A DNA stretch of 64,000 nt from Flaccisagitta enflata (taxonomy: Eukaryota). The position numbers and the translations under genes are program-made. The notes beneath the pieces were generated by a model that saw only the letters and a list, made by a program, of their open reading frames with translations, was not told the DNA's origin and did no database searches. The stretch covers positions 13,888,001-13,952,000 of the forward strand of contig OZ231126.1 in the NCBI GenBank assembly GCA_965153355.1. Direction: 5' to 3'. Of the stretch, positions 12,696-24,923 are shown piece by piece. Each line of letters begins with the position of its first letter. Positions within the stretch are counted from its first letter, which is position 1.

Positions 12696-14388
12696 TCTTC
12701 ATTCGGAGTTGCGATTTTCTTCTTCTAGTTTACTAAGCAATATTGAGTTTAATTGGCAACAGCGATACCCAGATCTTCAACAGTGAGTGCTGACTGCTGA
12801 CAGTTTTCAAATCTGAGCTCTTAATGTGAAATACGTCTCCTTTTCCTTGAGGCATAAGTGTATGGCGGGGAATCTCAAAGGGCCGTCAGTTTCAAGTTTG
12901 ACAGAGCTTCAAGCCCAATGGGCTTTATCACTTGTTCATTCTATTCAAATCTCAAATTACACTCTCATACAAGAAATAACAGCCTGATTTGTAAGAAAAA
13001 CACACATTCTCTCTCTTTCTTCCCCTGAATATGCTTTTTCGCCTCTTGTTTTCTTTTTTTAACATTTTTTTTTTCATTTTTTGCCTCCTGTTTCTACATG
13101 GACTTAGGTCTAACAAGGGTGTAAGTCCGACAAACAGGGATATCGGCCGACGTCCTTGACGTCCCTCCCCACACACCCATGCCTAGAGGGCATATACACA
13201 TCGTCAGTCGGTCGCTCTGTAGATCTGTATGTTGGTAAGCAAGTATTGGCCAAGTTGGCCTTGTTTTACAATCACGACTTTGTTTGAACTGAGATTGAAA
13301 TTCTGTTTGTGCTCGCGATAACATCTCGATTTTTATTTGTTCTTGGCTTACAGACGCTTGAGCCTCAAAAAGAAACTTTTTCTTTATTCTTTCCACCTTG
13401 TCTTGGCTTTAATGTTTTTTTTTCTTCTCACGATCAAGTTCAAATCTCGCTCGCTTTTTTATCCTACGTAATATTGTTCTTTTAAAGTTCCTTTTTGAGT
13501 CGCTTGCCTAGCGACTCATCAAGCGGGTGTGTTCGTGGGTCCGTAAGGTCTTAGGTAGGTCAAATCTTTCATTAGTCGGCAAATTTGTAAAGTAACAAGT
13601 GAAACAATATCCCTTTCTTTACCCAAACTGAAATGAATGAAAGAGGGCCCTGTGCAGTGCAGTGCACCCTCACTGCCTAGTTAATACTCGCACCACTGCA
13701 CTACTTGTTTTGTATAAAACAAAATATGAAAAATGTTCATTCTCATTTAAACATAAAAGCAAAAAGCTTACAAAATATGGTTAAGCGCAAATGATAACCA
13801 AAATTCCAAAAATCATGGATGACGTGAAATCAGCTCTTTCTTGCCCACTAGTATGCATTACGCTTAGTAAGAAAAAAACCAAAGTTTTCCAATCACCCAA
13901 TGCAGTGCACTGGCATGTTGCTATGTTGGAAAGATGGCTAGAAAACAAAATTTATGATCCCACGTGACCTAAAACCATCAGCAGCGAGCCTTCAGAGTTA
14001 ACAAAGGAATTAAAGAGAAATTGAGTCCCCTCAAAAAACCTTAAAGTTTTCAGTCGCTGCCGATGGTTTTAGGCCACAGAGAGCCACGAAATTTTTCCGC
14101 CAGGCTTCTACCGTTATTTCACATATTTTCATTCATTGCCATTGGTAGGCAAAGAAGTGCGTCCAACTTTACGACGGTTCACAATTGAGATTTTTAGCTC
14201 GTACGTGGAGAAGCATGACATCAGCTAGTATTTCAGATTTCAGGATAATCGCATCAATAGTTTAGAAGTTACGGCCTTTTTCATACTTAAAAAGTAAAAG
14301 AGAAAACCGACGTTCTTTTTTTCCGTTTTTTCTTTGAACTCGCCCCCAATCAAATTCTTAAATTTTTTGAAAAAAATAATTTTACAGG

Positions 14389-14755
14389 TTTTGGATCTAG
14401 GCGAATAAAACAATTTCCTATCAACTGCACCCCACTTTTGAAAACCATTTTTCAAAAAAATATTTTGTGATTTTTTTTTTCAAAGTCCCTGACGCGCGAT
14501 ACAAAAAAATTTCAAAGTTTTTTGAAAAAAAAAATGAAAATACAAGATTTTGGATCTAGGCAAATCAAACAATTTCCTATTGATAGCACCCCACTTTTGA
14601 AAACCATTTTTCAAAAAAACATTTAGTGATTTTTTTTCTAAGTCCCTGACGCGCGACAAAAAAATTTTCTAAGTTTTTTTTAAAAAGTGAAAATACAAGA
14701 TTTTGGATCTAGGCAAATCAAACAATTTCCTATTGATTGCACCCCACTTTTTTTT
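14389..14755. repeat. Tandem repeat with a ~155-bp unit, ~2.4 copies
   Basis: ttttggatctaggc.aat.aaacaatttccta recurs at 14389, 14548 and 14701. Confidence 0.85.
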
Positions 14756-17210
14756 TCAAAAAAAAAAATTTCAATAAGGGCTTTTTTGGGGGCCCTTAGG
14801 GGCCCCTAAGAAGAAAATGATAATGTTTAGTTAAAGCCGACGGCGAGAGAAATCAAATCTCCGTCAAACAAGACCAAGAACGCCTTGATCGGTGGTGTAT
14901 AGAGCCTGTAACAACAGTCAACACTTCAGGGGGCGAGTTTTTTTCAAAGGGGGATCCGCTTTCAGCCTTAGAAATTCCAAGTTGTAGATCAAGGCCTACC
15001 ATTGGCTGTCAGAGAACTTTAGTCATTTTTTGCCAACCGTAATATGCATATTGCTGCTCTTGCCTATCCACATCACCGCCCCTATTCACCCACATTGCAG
15101 CCAGAGCTGGCCTGGATCAACCTAAAGGCAGAAAAGGCACTGCCTTAGGCCTCGCGCTTTGAGGGTTTGAAGGGGCCTCGCGCTTTGAGGAGGAAGAAGG
15201 GGGAAAAAAAGAAGAGGGAGAATAAAGAAGAGAGGGGAAAAAAGAAGAGGGGGGAAAAAGAAGAGGGGGAAAAAAGAGGAGAAAAAAAGAAAAGGAAAAA
15301 ATAAGAGGAAAAATAAAAAAAAAAAAAAAAAAGAAAAAAAAAGAAAAAGACTAACAAAAGTTTAAGTCTTGCTTTTACATCTACCAAGGCAAATAAAATC
15401 ACAATGAAAGTCTGTTGGCCTTGTTTTTGTTGCAGGCTCACACACTTAAAAGAGGCTGTGTCTAATGGACAGCTTGTACCTAAACGACAAGAAGCAATAA
15501 TGATAGAAATCCCTGACCAGTTCTTGCTGTAGTTGTGTCCTGGGCATCTGTTGACATCAATCTTGGTCTCTCTTAGACATAACCGTATAGAAAACCTAAA
15601 ATTTCAAAATATTCAGATATAAATTTTGACAGCATTTTTTAAATCTACAGAAAAAACTGAAAGAAGAAAGTGTTTTCTTTTTTTCAAAATTCCTTCGAGA
15701 CCATTGTCATGAAGTGATATTTGCTTAATAGGAATGACTTAATATTCTATTAAGGTAGAATTATGAGTAATTTTGAATTCCACTGAAGTGGCAAGTTCAG
15801 TGAGAAAGCAATCCACTGAAGTGTGAAGTTGCACTTCAGTGGAATGAATTTTCCCATTCTGTTGTCGGTCAGGGGTTTAGCTATGTCATCAAGCATTATG
15901 CAAATAGTCCATGAGAAAAATAGAAATCCAAATTCTTCTGCAGGTCTCAAAAAGCCGAAGATACTCTTCGACTTGTTTCCAAATGAGTGCGAGTGGACAA
16001 CTCTGCAACTCAAATTTCAGCGCTCAGCTTTGCAGAGCCCATACTTCTGCCTCTTTTCAGCTGCTGCCATCGTTGCTGCAGCTACTGCTACAGCAGCCTT
16101 TGCCGCGGCATGATGATTCTCCGCAGCTGGTGATGCGCACGAAAACAACTAAAAGACGAGAAAAAAGAACCATCCAGTCTGTGTTAGACTCGCCCTTACA
16201 TAATTCTGTTCAGTTCTCATCTGTTTGGCCGGGGATGAATCATCCATATACAGCACTCAAAAACCACGAAAAGAAAAAAAAGCGGACAAATTCAGTTTGA
16301 GAGAGGAAGAAAGAGCTTGTCTTCCCGTCCGAACTGAAAGCAGTTAAGTAAATTTGGGCTTTTTTCGCTCCGATCTCTTCTTGTTATTTTCCTTTTCAAT
16401 CGTTTTTAATCGTTCAATATCTTTCCAACTAAAATGAGAAGATTAAAAAGCTTGTCTCTGAACTGGTCGTTGAAATATTGAAGTTTTGTTTGAGAACGAA
16501 TGAAATTGAGTTTCGATAACATCAACCAAATCGAAAGGCGATTGAGCTGAAGAAAACTGACTGATTTTCATGGGCCTTCCAAATTGCAAAAGGACTTCAA
16601 TTGATTTCCTAGAAGCTTTGTCTCTCATCCAACGGTTGATACGCTAGTCTATTTTAAGTCGCGTGCACGCGACTCTATGACCCACTCTGTCCGTCGGTCG
16701 GTCGGTCCGTCCGTCTGTCGGTTGGTCGGTTGGTCATGTTTAGCTTTTTTTTTGCGGTTTTATATCATTTTAAGTTATTTTAAGCTATTTCAAAACAATT
16801 TATGTTTGATCTTTTAGTCTTTTAATCTTTTGGTCTTAATAACCGCACGCGACTGTAAGGTGTTGGCCTTGTTAAATTCCTAAAAAACCAGCTATCCCGC
16901 TATCTGTATGAAATATAGATAACATTACTTCCCAACTCTAACAGAGCTAAGGATTAGAGCATTTGGAGCTCTCAATGGTGTTTAATCCGGACCCATCATA
17001 ACTATCCTCAAGATTGATTAAAACAACAAACATTTTTAGAATCGTAGGAGATCAAGTGTGTCTGAACCGCGGTCCGTTGGTCCAACACTCAATCATCGGC
17101 AAAGGTTTACAAGAGGACCACATTTTTTTTAGCGTCTGTAACCGAGTTTTTTTTTGCCAAACATTGTGCACTGGTACATATCTGAAATAAAAGCAACAAA
17201 TTCAACCATT

Positions 17211-17378
17211 CCTACCCCTACCTCTAACCCCCCCTACCCCAAAACCCAACCCTACCCCTAAACCTAACCCTACCCCTAAACCCAACCCTACCCCTAAACC
17301 CAACTCTACCCCTAAACCCAACCCTACCCCTAACTCCCCACCTTCCCCTACCCCTAAACTACCCCTAACCCTAATTCT
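17211..17378. repeat. 18-bp CCTACCCCTAAACCCAAC tandem array; the same family occurs at 27715-28050 and, degenerate, at 35405-35690
   Basis: Direct inspection. Confidence 0.85.
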
Positions 17379-18203
17379 ACAATCAAATCAATATTTTGAT
17401 GCGCGAGAGATGAACAAGAATGAAAGTCAAATATGGACGGCAGGAGCAAGCGGCGTCGAAAGCAAAAGACATTCCCTAGTTTTTTAAGTGTGGTTCTCTT
17501 GTAAACGTAGACCCAATTATCTTTTTTTTTCTGCAAGAGAGGGGAGAAAAAGACATATAAGTATTGGGAACAGCGAGTAGACTCCGATGTAGAACAATAT
17601 TTTCAATAACACAAAACGAAGAATATATCACGATCAACATAAAGCAAAATGACACAAAAATGCAAAATGACACAAAATATTAATTACACCTTCGATAACG
17701 CCGCTTCTTTCCATAACAGCCAGTAACTCAAACCAATTATCTATTCCAATAAAATGAAAGTTGATTCAACGAAAAGCGTTTACAATGTTATCAATTTCTT
17801 AATCATCAGATAAATTCACACGTTCAAATTTTGTCAACTTTTCCGCACAGATTCTTGCTTTATACTGTAGACTCAGACCCTGGGCTCAAAGACCTTTACT
17901 CTGGCAACATCTTTACATCTGGTGTAGAAGGGGTAAAAAAAGTCACAAGGGCAGGGGTAATGAAAAAATGGGTCTTAGTTAAGAGGGCTATGCTGTTTTA
18001 CGGGTCAAAGACAATTCTCAGCGAGGTTCCAAAATAAATTCACTTCTGGACTTCGAAAAAGGTGAAAATGTGAAGAAAAAGAGCACAAAGAAGAAGTAAA
18101 GAGTGGGGTTTGATACATTTTGAATTAACTCGGGCTTAGGTGTAGTCCAAACTATTACGATATCATTTATTGTTGAATTTGCTGTTTATGGATAAAATAA
18201 TAC

Positions 18204-18257
<54 letters not shown>

Positions 18258-18561
18258 CGATTGATTGATCAAATGTTGCATTGTTCATATTAGGTTACCG
18301 TCCCTGCAAAAGAGCATCATTGCTCGAAATATAGGGAAGAAATTTAGAGTGTCAAAACTTTAGTGGATATGTCCAGTGGGTAAAGTGACAAAATTTGTCA
18401 CAATTTCTGTCATTAAATGAAACCACAAATATGATTGAAATGATTTTATTATTCACCATTTTCCAGCATGCATTTCTGTTGACGATGGATAGAAACTTCG
18501 AAGTTGCTTTTGTCCTCGACTCCTCGTCCACGCGACTCGTGACTCGTGACAATTGGTGACA

Positions 18562-18908
18562 ATGGACAGAAGCTTCATCATCGCCTTCATCTTGTTCATC
18601 ATTTCCTTCATTTACGTGACTCGCGATGTTTGGCGACGGAATTCGCGTCTGGCCCTCTTCAGGATCTCCAAAACTGACAAAATCAAACAAATCGAGGATG
18701 AAAACGACGAAAGACTGCAATGGGCTGATGCGTGGATGCGAACTCGGCTCGCCAGCGACCAGGGTGAGACTCGGAAATAGGACAAAGTGTCACTTTTGGC
18801 TTTTGGTAAAAAAGTTATTACTCTGTGTATACGATTATCAAAATCTAATTAGTCTCTCTTTTGTCTATCTTTAAACTATCCTTCTCCCTGTCGGTCTTTT
18901 CTGTCTTC

Positions 18909-18990
<82 letters not shown>

Positions 18991-19427
18991 ATACAGATCC
19001 CACTTCATTGTACCCTTCATCATCCCTCCCTCCCTCCTCCTCCTTGGACATCGTCATCATCACAACTCCTCGTCCCGGCGAATTTCGAACTTTGACTCAA
19101 ACTGCGACTCGTTTCGCGGAATTGGCGCAGCGCCAACATTTCTTCAATGCGCGCGTCATTCTTTGTGACGTATCCAAGGCCAAATACGAATCATCATCCT
19201 CGTCATCAACGATCTCTTCATCTTTATCATCATCGTCAACGCCATCAGCATCGTCGTCGACTTCGGGACTCGACAATAGTGAATTGACGCTTTTAACGAA
19301 ACAATTTGGATTTCCGGTCGTCAAACCCCCCAAAAACGTAACCAAAATGAACATTTTTGAAAAGGAGAAACAAGATTATCTCTACTGCCTTAACGCTACT
19401 GCCGGTGGATTCGTTGGTAGCGTTTTC

Positions 19428-19512
<85 letters not shown>

Positions 19513-20354
19513 TTCCCTCGTCCCCGTCACCCCCAAGTGACGCCGTATTACTCGTAGAGGATGACGCGTATCCTGAGCCGGACATTTTCGGCGTTCTTGA
19601 CGACGTCATTCACTCTCGAAGTCGACGCGTCGCCGAATTTCGATCGGCGCTCTTCTTCAAGCTATATCATCCCGAGCGGCTTCTCGGATATCTCAACCCG
19701 GAACCGACGCGCATCTTAGAATGGATTTTGTTCTCGGCTGTGACGGCGTCGTTACTGAGATGTGCTCTCGGTGTTGTAGCGTCTTCAGTCATCTTTAGGC
19801 GTGTTAGAATAGGATTCAATACACTCTCCCTCGTTGGGAGGCCATTGTTGTACAGTTGCAACACCGGCAGAAGTGACACCGACCGTAACGTTAACTATGC
19901 CATTACGGAAAACACCCCTTCGCCAGTATCGACTGCCTTCTCCTCCTCATCATCCTCATCATCATCATCATCCTCCTCATCATCATCATCATCATCTTTC
20001 ACACTTTTCCTTCCATGGCTCCTGTGTTTCCTCTTCGCCATGTCTGCCTTGGAGCTTCTCGATCGTAACGCAGTTTTGCATAGGCGCCGTTTCGATCCTC
20101 GTCTTTACGCCGTCGTACCGGCGCCAAACTGCTGCACCGTCGGCATCTTATTCCCCCGGCGTCAAATTCCCGGCGTCGTGTCGTCGTTGAGCGGCGTCAG
20201 TTGCCGGCGTGGATTCGCCAAAGACGCGGCGTTAGACGATATCAAACGGCGTCATCGAGTTGGCGCCTTCTTTATCGAACCTAATCTCGTGAAACACATC
20301 GGGTTTTACTCGACGCTGAGAAAAGCCGCGACAGTCAATCCATTTTCTGTTTGA
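18562..20354 (+). CDS. PGAP4: PGAP4/TMEM246 homolog (Golgi GPI GalNAc transferase); exon 1 18562-18763, exon 2 18997-20354
   Basis: N-terminal TM segment MDRSFIIAFILFIISFIYV. A phase-1 GT-AG intron (18764-18996) joins the exons in frame. Family motifs: NIFEKEKQDYLYCL, VLLVEDDA, KLYHPERL..Y.NPEP.RILEW, VVPAPNCCT, GFAKD, EPNLVKHIGFYS.LR. Confidence 0.92.
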
Positions 20355-20919
20355 TTTGTTTTGTTTGTGTAGATTTGAATAATTGAATTACTATTGACAT
20401 GATTGACATGATAGATGGGATGAAATCAGTAAATTGTGGGCACATCTTGTTTTGACAAAACCGGGTTTTACTTTCCCAAACCGCTACAGTCAATCCTATT
20501 TCTGCCTTATTTGATTTGTTTTATTTGTAGTATTGTTTCATATTTCATGTCTACATGGTGATCAGTGAGTTAAGTTAGATTTTAGTATTACCGGTTGATT
20601 CCTCTTGCTTTGATCAAACAAGTTTTTATGTTTTTTTTCATACTGGTCTCGTTGCGCGTCATTTAGAAAAAAAAATGCTGTGATTGTCTCCCATGAATGG
20701 CTTGTTAGCAATAGTTTCAATTAGATGTCTGATGATACAGGGGACATCCGGACATGGGACAGATCACCAGCTTTCTGTTCATTGAAAGTCATGCAATGAC
20801 TCATGGTAGCCTTCTAAGAAAACGAATCCCTGGACCCTGATATTTTCAACAAGGATGTGGACAGATAGAATTTAGTTGATTCCCTTTGCTTAGATTTCCG
20901 AGTTATGTACGTCCATGCT

Positions 20920-23900
20920 TGAATGAATGAATGAATTTATTTTCAAAGGCAAACATACAATGAAAAATTGTAAGAAACGCTTGCTTTGGAGGATAGCCAG
21001 TGAAAGTCTAATGACTTTTTTCCAAGAGGGTCCTCGAAAATATATAAAAAAGGAGGGAAAAATAAAATCCATAAAATTGTTTTAAAAGACACAAAGAGAA
21101 AAAAAATGTAGTCCGTAAACTCGTAAGACAGAGAATACTGCAAAGTTCAAAACCGTAAAATCAGTCATATTGCGCGATCAAAAACTGTTTAAGCTTTTGT
21201 TTAAAAACTCGAAACTCGTGTATATCCTTCAGAGTATTCGGGAGACTATTCCATTGCTTTATAGCCGTAAACGCGAAGCTGCTAGGTGAAAGAGATAATT
21301 CCCGTGACAATTGGAAATTGTGGTTACTACCGCGTGTATTGTGAGAGTGGACAGTAGAGATAGACCGAAAATTTGGAAGCAAATAAGTTGGGGCCAGATT
21401 ACGCCGAATACGAAAGAGGTGCGACATTCTGAAAAATTTTACACGATCAGAAATAGACAACCAGGATAATTCCTTTAGATGCTTCCCATCAACATGACCT
21501 CGAAAATCCATGCCATAAATGAAACGTATCATCTTCCGCTGAATGACATTTAGTCGTTCCTTCAATGCTACCGTGAGCCCGCCATGCCAAGAACTACAGC
21601 AATAATCAATACTAGGCTGGATAAGAGAGGCACAAAGAGTCTTTCGTGACTTGACATCCAAGAAACTCGAACAACGATAGAGAAAAGCAAGTTTTCCCGC
21701 ACATGCTTTCATGAGACTACCTGCATGTGCCGATCCATCGAGATGAGAATCTAACATTACACCAAGATATTTTACGCTAGAAGTGCGCACAACAGGTGTC
21801 CCATCGCAAAAGACCTGGAAATTTTCCACCCCCTTCAATTTTCTCTTCGAACCGAAGAGCAAACATTCGGTCTTCCCCACATGGAGGGACAGCCTGTTGT
21901 CCACAAGCCAGCGCTTACACGTTGAGAGTTCTGTACTTAAGTGATCAGCTATGAATGCCGGATTAGGATGAGAGAATAAGAGAGCCGAATCATCTGCATA
22001 CAATGACAATCTACAAGTTAAACTGATACTCATATCATTGATATAAATGAGAAATAATAAAGGACCGAGAATGCTTCCTTGTGGCACACCACATGTCACC
22101 GTCATAAATTCTGACCTAGATCCACCAACGTCGACACATTGCTTCCGATCAGTAAGATACGATTCAAACCAAGACGTAGAGGAAACACCGATAGATTCAA
22201 GCTTATCGCGTAAAATACTATGATCCACCGTATCAAACGCTTTCTGTAAGTCGATTAGAACCATACCAACCAAGTTTCCCTTAGCTAGTTCACCCTTAAT
22301 GTAATCGGTAAGCCCAATCAGACAAGAATCAGTGGAGTATCCCCCACGAAAACCGGACTGATTTTCAAAAAGCAAACCACGTTTTTCTAGATATTCACTT
22401 AATTGTGAATGAACCGCTCGTTCTAAAATCTTTGAAAGAACATTCAAAATACTAACCGGTCTATAATTGCCGGGATCGAGAGTAGAACCTTTTTTGAACA
22501 AAGGCAAAACTTTTGCTTCTTTAAATACCGCCGGGACTGTTTCAGTCGTGATCGAAATATTTATGATATGCGTAACCGGGGTTATAATACATTCAGCACC
22601 ATCCCGTAAAAACAACGAAGAAATATTATCAAGGCCAACTGCTTTTTTAGTATCAAGTGACAGTAATTGCTTCCGTATAAAGTGACTCGAGACAGGTGCC
22701 AGGCAAAAAGAAGGACTTAAACCAAGTTTACGTGAGTAAAAATTTCTAAAGATATCCGTACATGTGCGAAATGCACCAAGGGGATTTGGGAGTTTAGAGA
22801 CAAGATCCGCGGCAACAGAAGTGTAAAAAGAATTGAAAGTACGCGCGACACTAAATGAGTCAAAAATTTTCACGCCATTCTGTTCTAACACAATAGATGA
22901 AGAACCACCAGATTTTTTACTGAAACCGAGAGACTTCAAATGGCTCCAAAGCTTCCCAGAATTACCCCTATTCCTTGCTATCTCGCCCTTAAAAAAAGTT
23001 TCCTTTGCCAATTTGATGTCTCTCTGGACCATGTTTCTAACACGACAGTAATCCTTATAAAGATCCGTATTTGAACGATCCTTCTTAAACCGTGATAAAA
23101 GACTATTCCGTTTCTTAATTGCTGCAAGTATGTCTGCATTCATCCAAGGGTTTTGTTTATTTCTAACACGTACTTCCCTCAAAGGGGCAACCGTATCAAT
23201 AGCAACCCGAAAAAGACGATTAAACTCAGTCAGGCAGAAATCTACATCAACAGAGGACAAAACCGTTGACCAATCAATTTTCCTCAGTTCATTCAAAAAA
23301 GAAATCTGGGAATAAAACTTAAAAGACCGAATCTTTTTCACATTTTGACTAAAAACCATGTCCTTAGCAGCATGCCTTGAACAAAAGGTAACCAAATGAT
23401 CGCTGAAGCCAGTCATAATTACGCCGCTGTCCAGGATCAAATCACTAACATTTGTAAAAATGTGATCAATAAAAGACGATGACGTTGGCGTAATTCTGGT
23501 TGGCTCTGATATCAGTTGGTTACATCCAAAGAAATCAAGAATTTCCCTGTATCTACTAAGCAAAGGAGAACGACTGCAAAAGGTGTCAATATTAAGGTCA
23601 CCCAAGACAAAAAACTCTGTCCCAGGATCAATTCTAGACAAGGATGATTCCAATTTAGACAAGAAGCTACTATCGTTTGGCGGGCGGTAAATGCTACAGA
23701 CCAAAATACCTTTAGACCGTGGGAATAGAAGCTCTGCCCAGGAAGCCTCAAGTCCGTCGACATCAAGATCAGGTCGAGGGTTAAACGCGATGGTATTACG
23801 TATGTAAAGCGCCACTCCACCCCCATTCCGATTCCTGTCTCGTCGAACTAGATTGAAGCCAGGAACACTGACCTCGCCATCATTGACCGTCGAGTCCAGC

Positions 23901-24740
23901 CACGTCTCAGATGCTGCAAAGACAGCAGCCTTCGTTCGTGACAGGAGGAGCCGTATCTCGGGAATTTTTGGAAGGAGCGAACGCACGTTTGAGTGAAGCA
24001 AGTGGAAGCCTTTCGACGATAAGACACGAGGAAGAGGACACGTAAGGAAAGACGACGAGGAGAAGGAAGAGGAAGAAGCAGCTCGCGCGGCGTTAGTAGT
24101 ATCAGCGTCAACACCAACCCTAATGTCGGCATCAACGTGGTCGTCGTCAGCGAAAGGTAAAGAAGAGAAGCTGCAGAAGTCGCACACAAACGCGATGTCT
24201 CCGCCGTTATTCACGCATTCGTTATATTTCGTAAGAGAGACAGAGACAGAACATCTGACATGCGTCCATCTCTCACAGTAATCACAAGAGACAGCCTTAC
24301 TGGCTTTCGTCACACCCCGCGTACAAACAACACATGGATGGGCGACCCTTCTCGTCTTTTTGTCGGATAATGGACCGGGGTGTATATGGACATCGCCGGA
24401 GAGAAGAAGATGCTGTTGTTGTTGATGTTTTGGATGCTGCTGTTGTTGATGCGTTTGCTGCTGTTGTTGTTGATGCTGAAATTGATGCCGCAGTTCATGT
24501 TCCGTTATAAGAAGCGACGTGTTATTGAGATTGACGGATGATGAGTCGCGAGATCCTACGAGGGATACGAAGAGAAGAAAGACGAGTGGGGCAGCCATAC
24601 CGACACAGATATCGTGAGCTGACGCTGATGCGAAGCAAAATTCCCACTGCCTCGATAGAGTCTTAACGGCCTCGTGCACGATATCGGGTCAACACCGACA
24701 TATAGAGTTAGAGTTTTTCTTTGTCTTCACGTCGCCATGG
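20920..24740 (-). mobile_element. Apparently full-length single-ORF LINE (CR1/L2/Crack group) with an (ATTC)n 3' tail
   Basis: Intact PHD-APE-RT ORF. The ~240-bp 3' UTR ends in ataaattcattcattcattc (20920-20940). The 5' boundary is approximate and no TSD was found. Confidence 0.9.
21161..24598 (-). CDS. LINE polyprotein, 1145 aa from the first ATG: hydrophobic leader, polyQ, 2A-like motif, PHD finger, APE endonuclease, reverse transcriptase
   Basis: PHD: CVVC..CDYC..WTHVRC..CDFC. APE: HSNVRSL, ASETWL, YRPP, GDLNID, IDHIF, SDH. RT: NYRPVSIL, QSGFR, IDLQKAFDTVDH, GVPQGSILGPLLFLIYIND, YADD, YLGV. Confidence 0.95.
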   Translation of the reverse strand: MAAPLVFLLFVSLVGSRDSSSVNLNNTSLLITEHELRHQFQHQQQQQQTHQQQQHPKHQQQQHLLLSGDVHIHPGPLSDKKTRRVAHPCVVCTRGVTKASKAVSCDYCERWTHVRCSVSVSLTKYNECVNNGGDIAFVCDFCSFSSLPFADDDHVDADIRVGVDADTTNAARAASSSSFSSSSFLTCPLPRVLSSKGFHLLHSNVRSLLPKIPEIRLLLSRTKAAVFAASETWLDSTVNDGEVSVPGFNLVRRDRNRNGGGVALYIRNTIAFNPRPDLDVDGLEASWAELLFPRSKGILVCSIYRPPNDSSFLSKLESSLSRIDPGTEFFVLGDLNIDTFCSRSPLLSRYREILDFFGCNQLISEPTRITPTSSSFIDHIFTNVSDLILDSGVIMTGFSDHLVTFCSRHAAKDMVFSQNVKKIRSFKFYSQISFLNELRKIDWSTVLSSVDVDFCLTEFNRLFRVAIDTVAPLREVRVRNKQNPWMNADILAAIKKRNSLLSRFKKDRSNTDLYKDYCRVRNMVQRDIKLAKETFFKGEIARNRGNSGKLWSHLKSLGFSKKSGGSSSIVLEQNGVKIFDSFSVARTFNSFYTSVAADLVSKLPNPLGAFRTCTDIFRNFYSRKLGLSPSFCLAPVSSHFIRKQLLSLDTKKAVGLDNISSLFLRDGAECIITPVTHIINISITTETVPAVFKEAKVLPLFKKGSTLDPGNYRPVSILNVLSKILERAVHSQLSEYLEKRGLLFENQSGFRGGYSTDSCLIGLTDYIKGELAKGNLVGMVLIDLQKAFDTVDHSILRDKLESIGVSSTSWFESYLTDRKQCVDVGGSRSEFMTVTCGVPQGSILGPLLFLIYINDMSISLTCRLSLYADDSALLFSHPNPAFIADHLSTELSTCKRWLVDNRLSLHVGKTECLLFGSKRKLKGVENFQVFCDGTPVVRTSSVKYLGVMLDSHLDGSAHAGSLMKACAGKLAFLYRCSSFLDVKSRKTLCASLIQPSIDYCCSSWHGGLTVALKERLNVIQRKMIRFIYGMDFRGHVDGKHLKELSWLSISDRVKFFRMSHLFRIRRNLAPTYLLPNFRSISTVHSHNTRGSNHNFQLSRELSLSPSSFAFTAIKQWNSLPNTLKDIHEFRVFKQKLKQFLIAQYD

Positions 24741-24923
24741 GCCCAACATCGGGATCGTTGTCGTCAAAACCTTTAATTAAGCAAATAAAAGAATATTATT
24801 GATTACAATCTGGATCAAAATTCAAACTATTTCTGGGTTGGCATTCTGTGAAATGGTTAATGAAAGCATGGCTCTTTTATTGTTTTTTGCATTTTTCCTT
24901 TCTGAATAACAAGATACTATCAC

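Noticed and set aside
13094-13185. Possible minus-strand terminal exon (..GGTSRTSADIPVCRTYTLVRPKSM*)
   Set aside because: An AG acceptor is present, but I found no recognisable homology or partner exons.
15750-16300. Overlapping ORFs in a GC-richer patch
   Set aside because: No motif was recognised and frames are interrupted. It is possibly a decayed transposon remnant, but I cannot support a call.
18861-18996. 5' extension of the 497-aa ORF (SLSLSL...)
   Set aside because: It is the (CT)n polypyrimidine tract of the PGAP4 intron.
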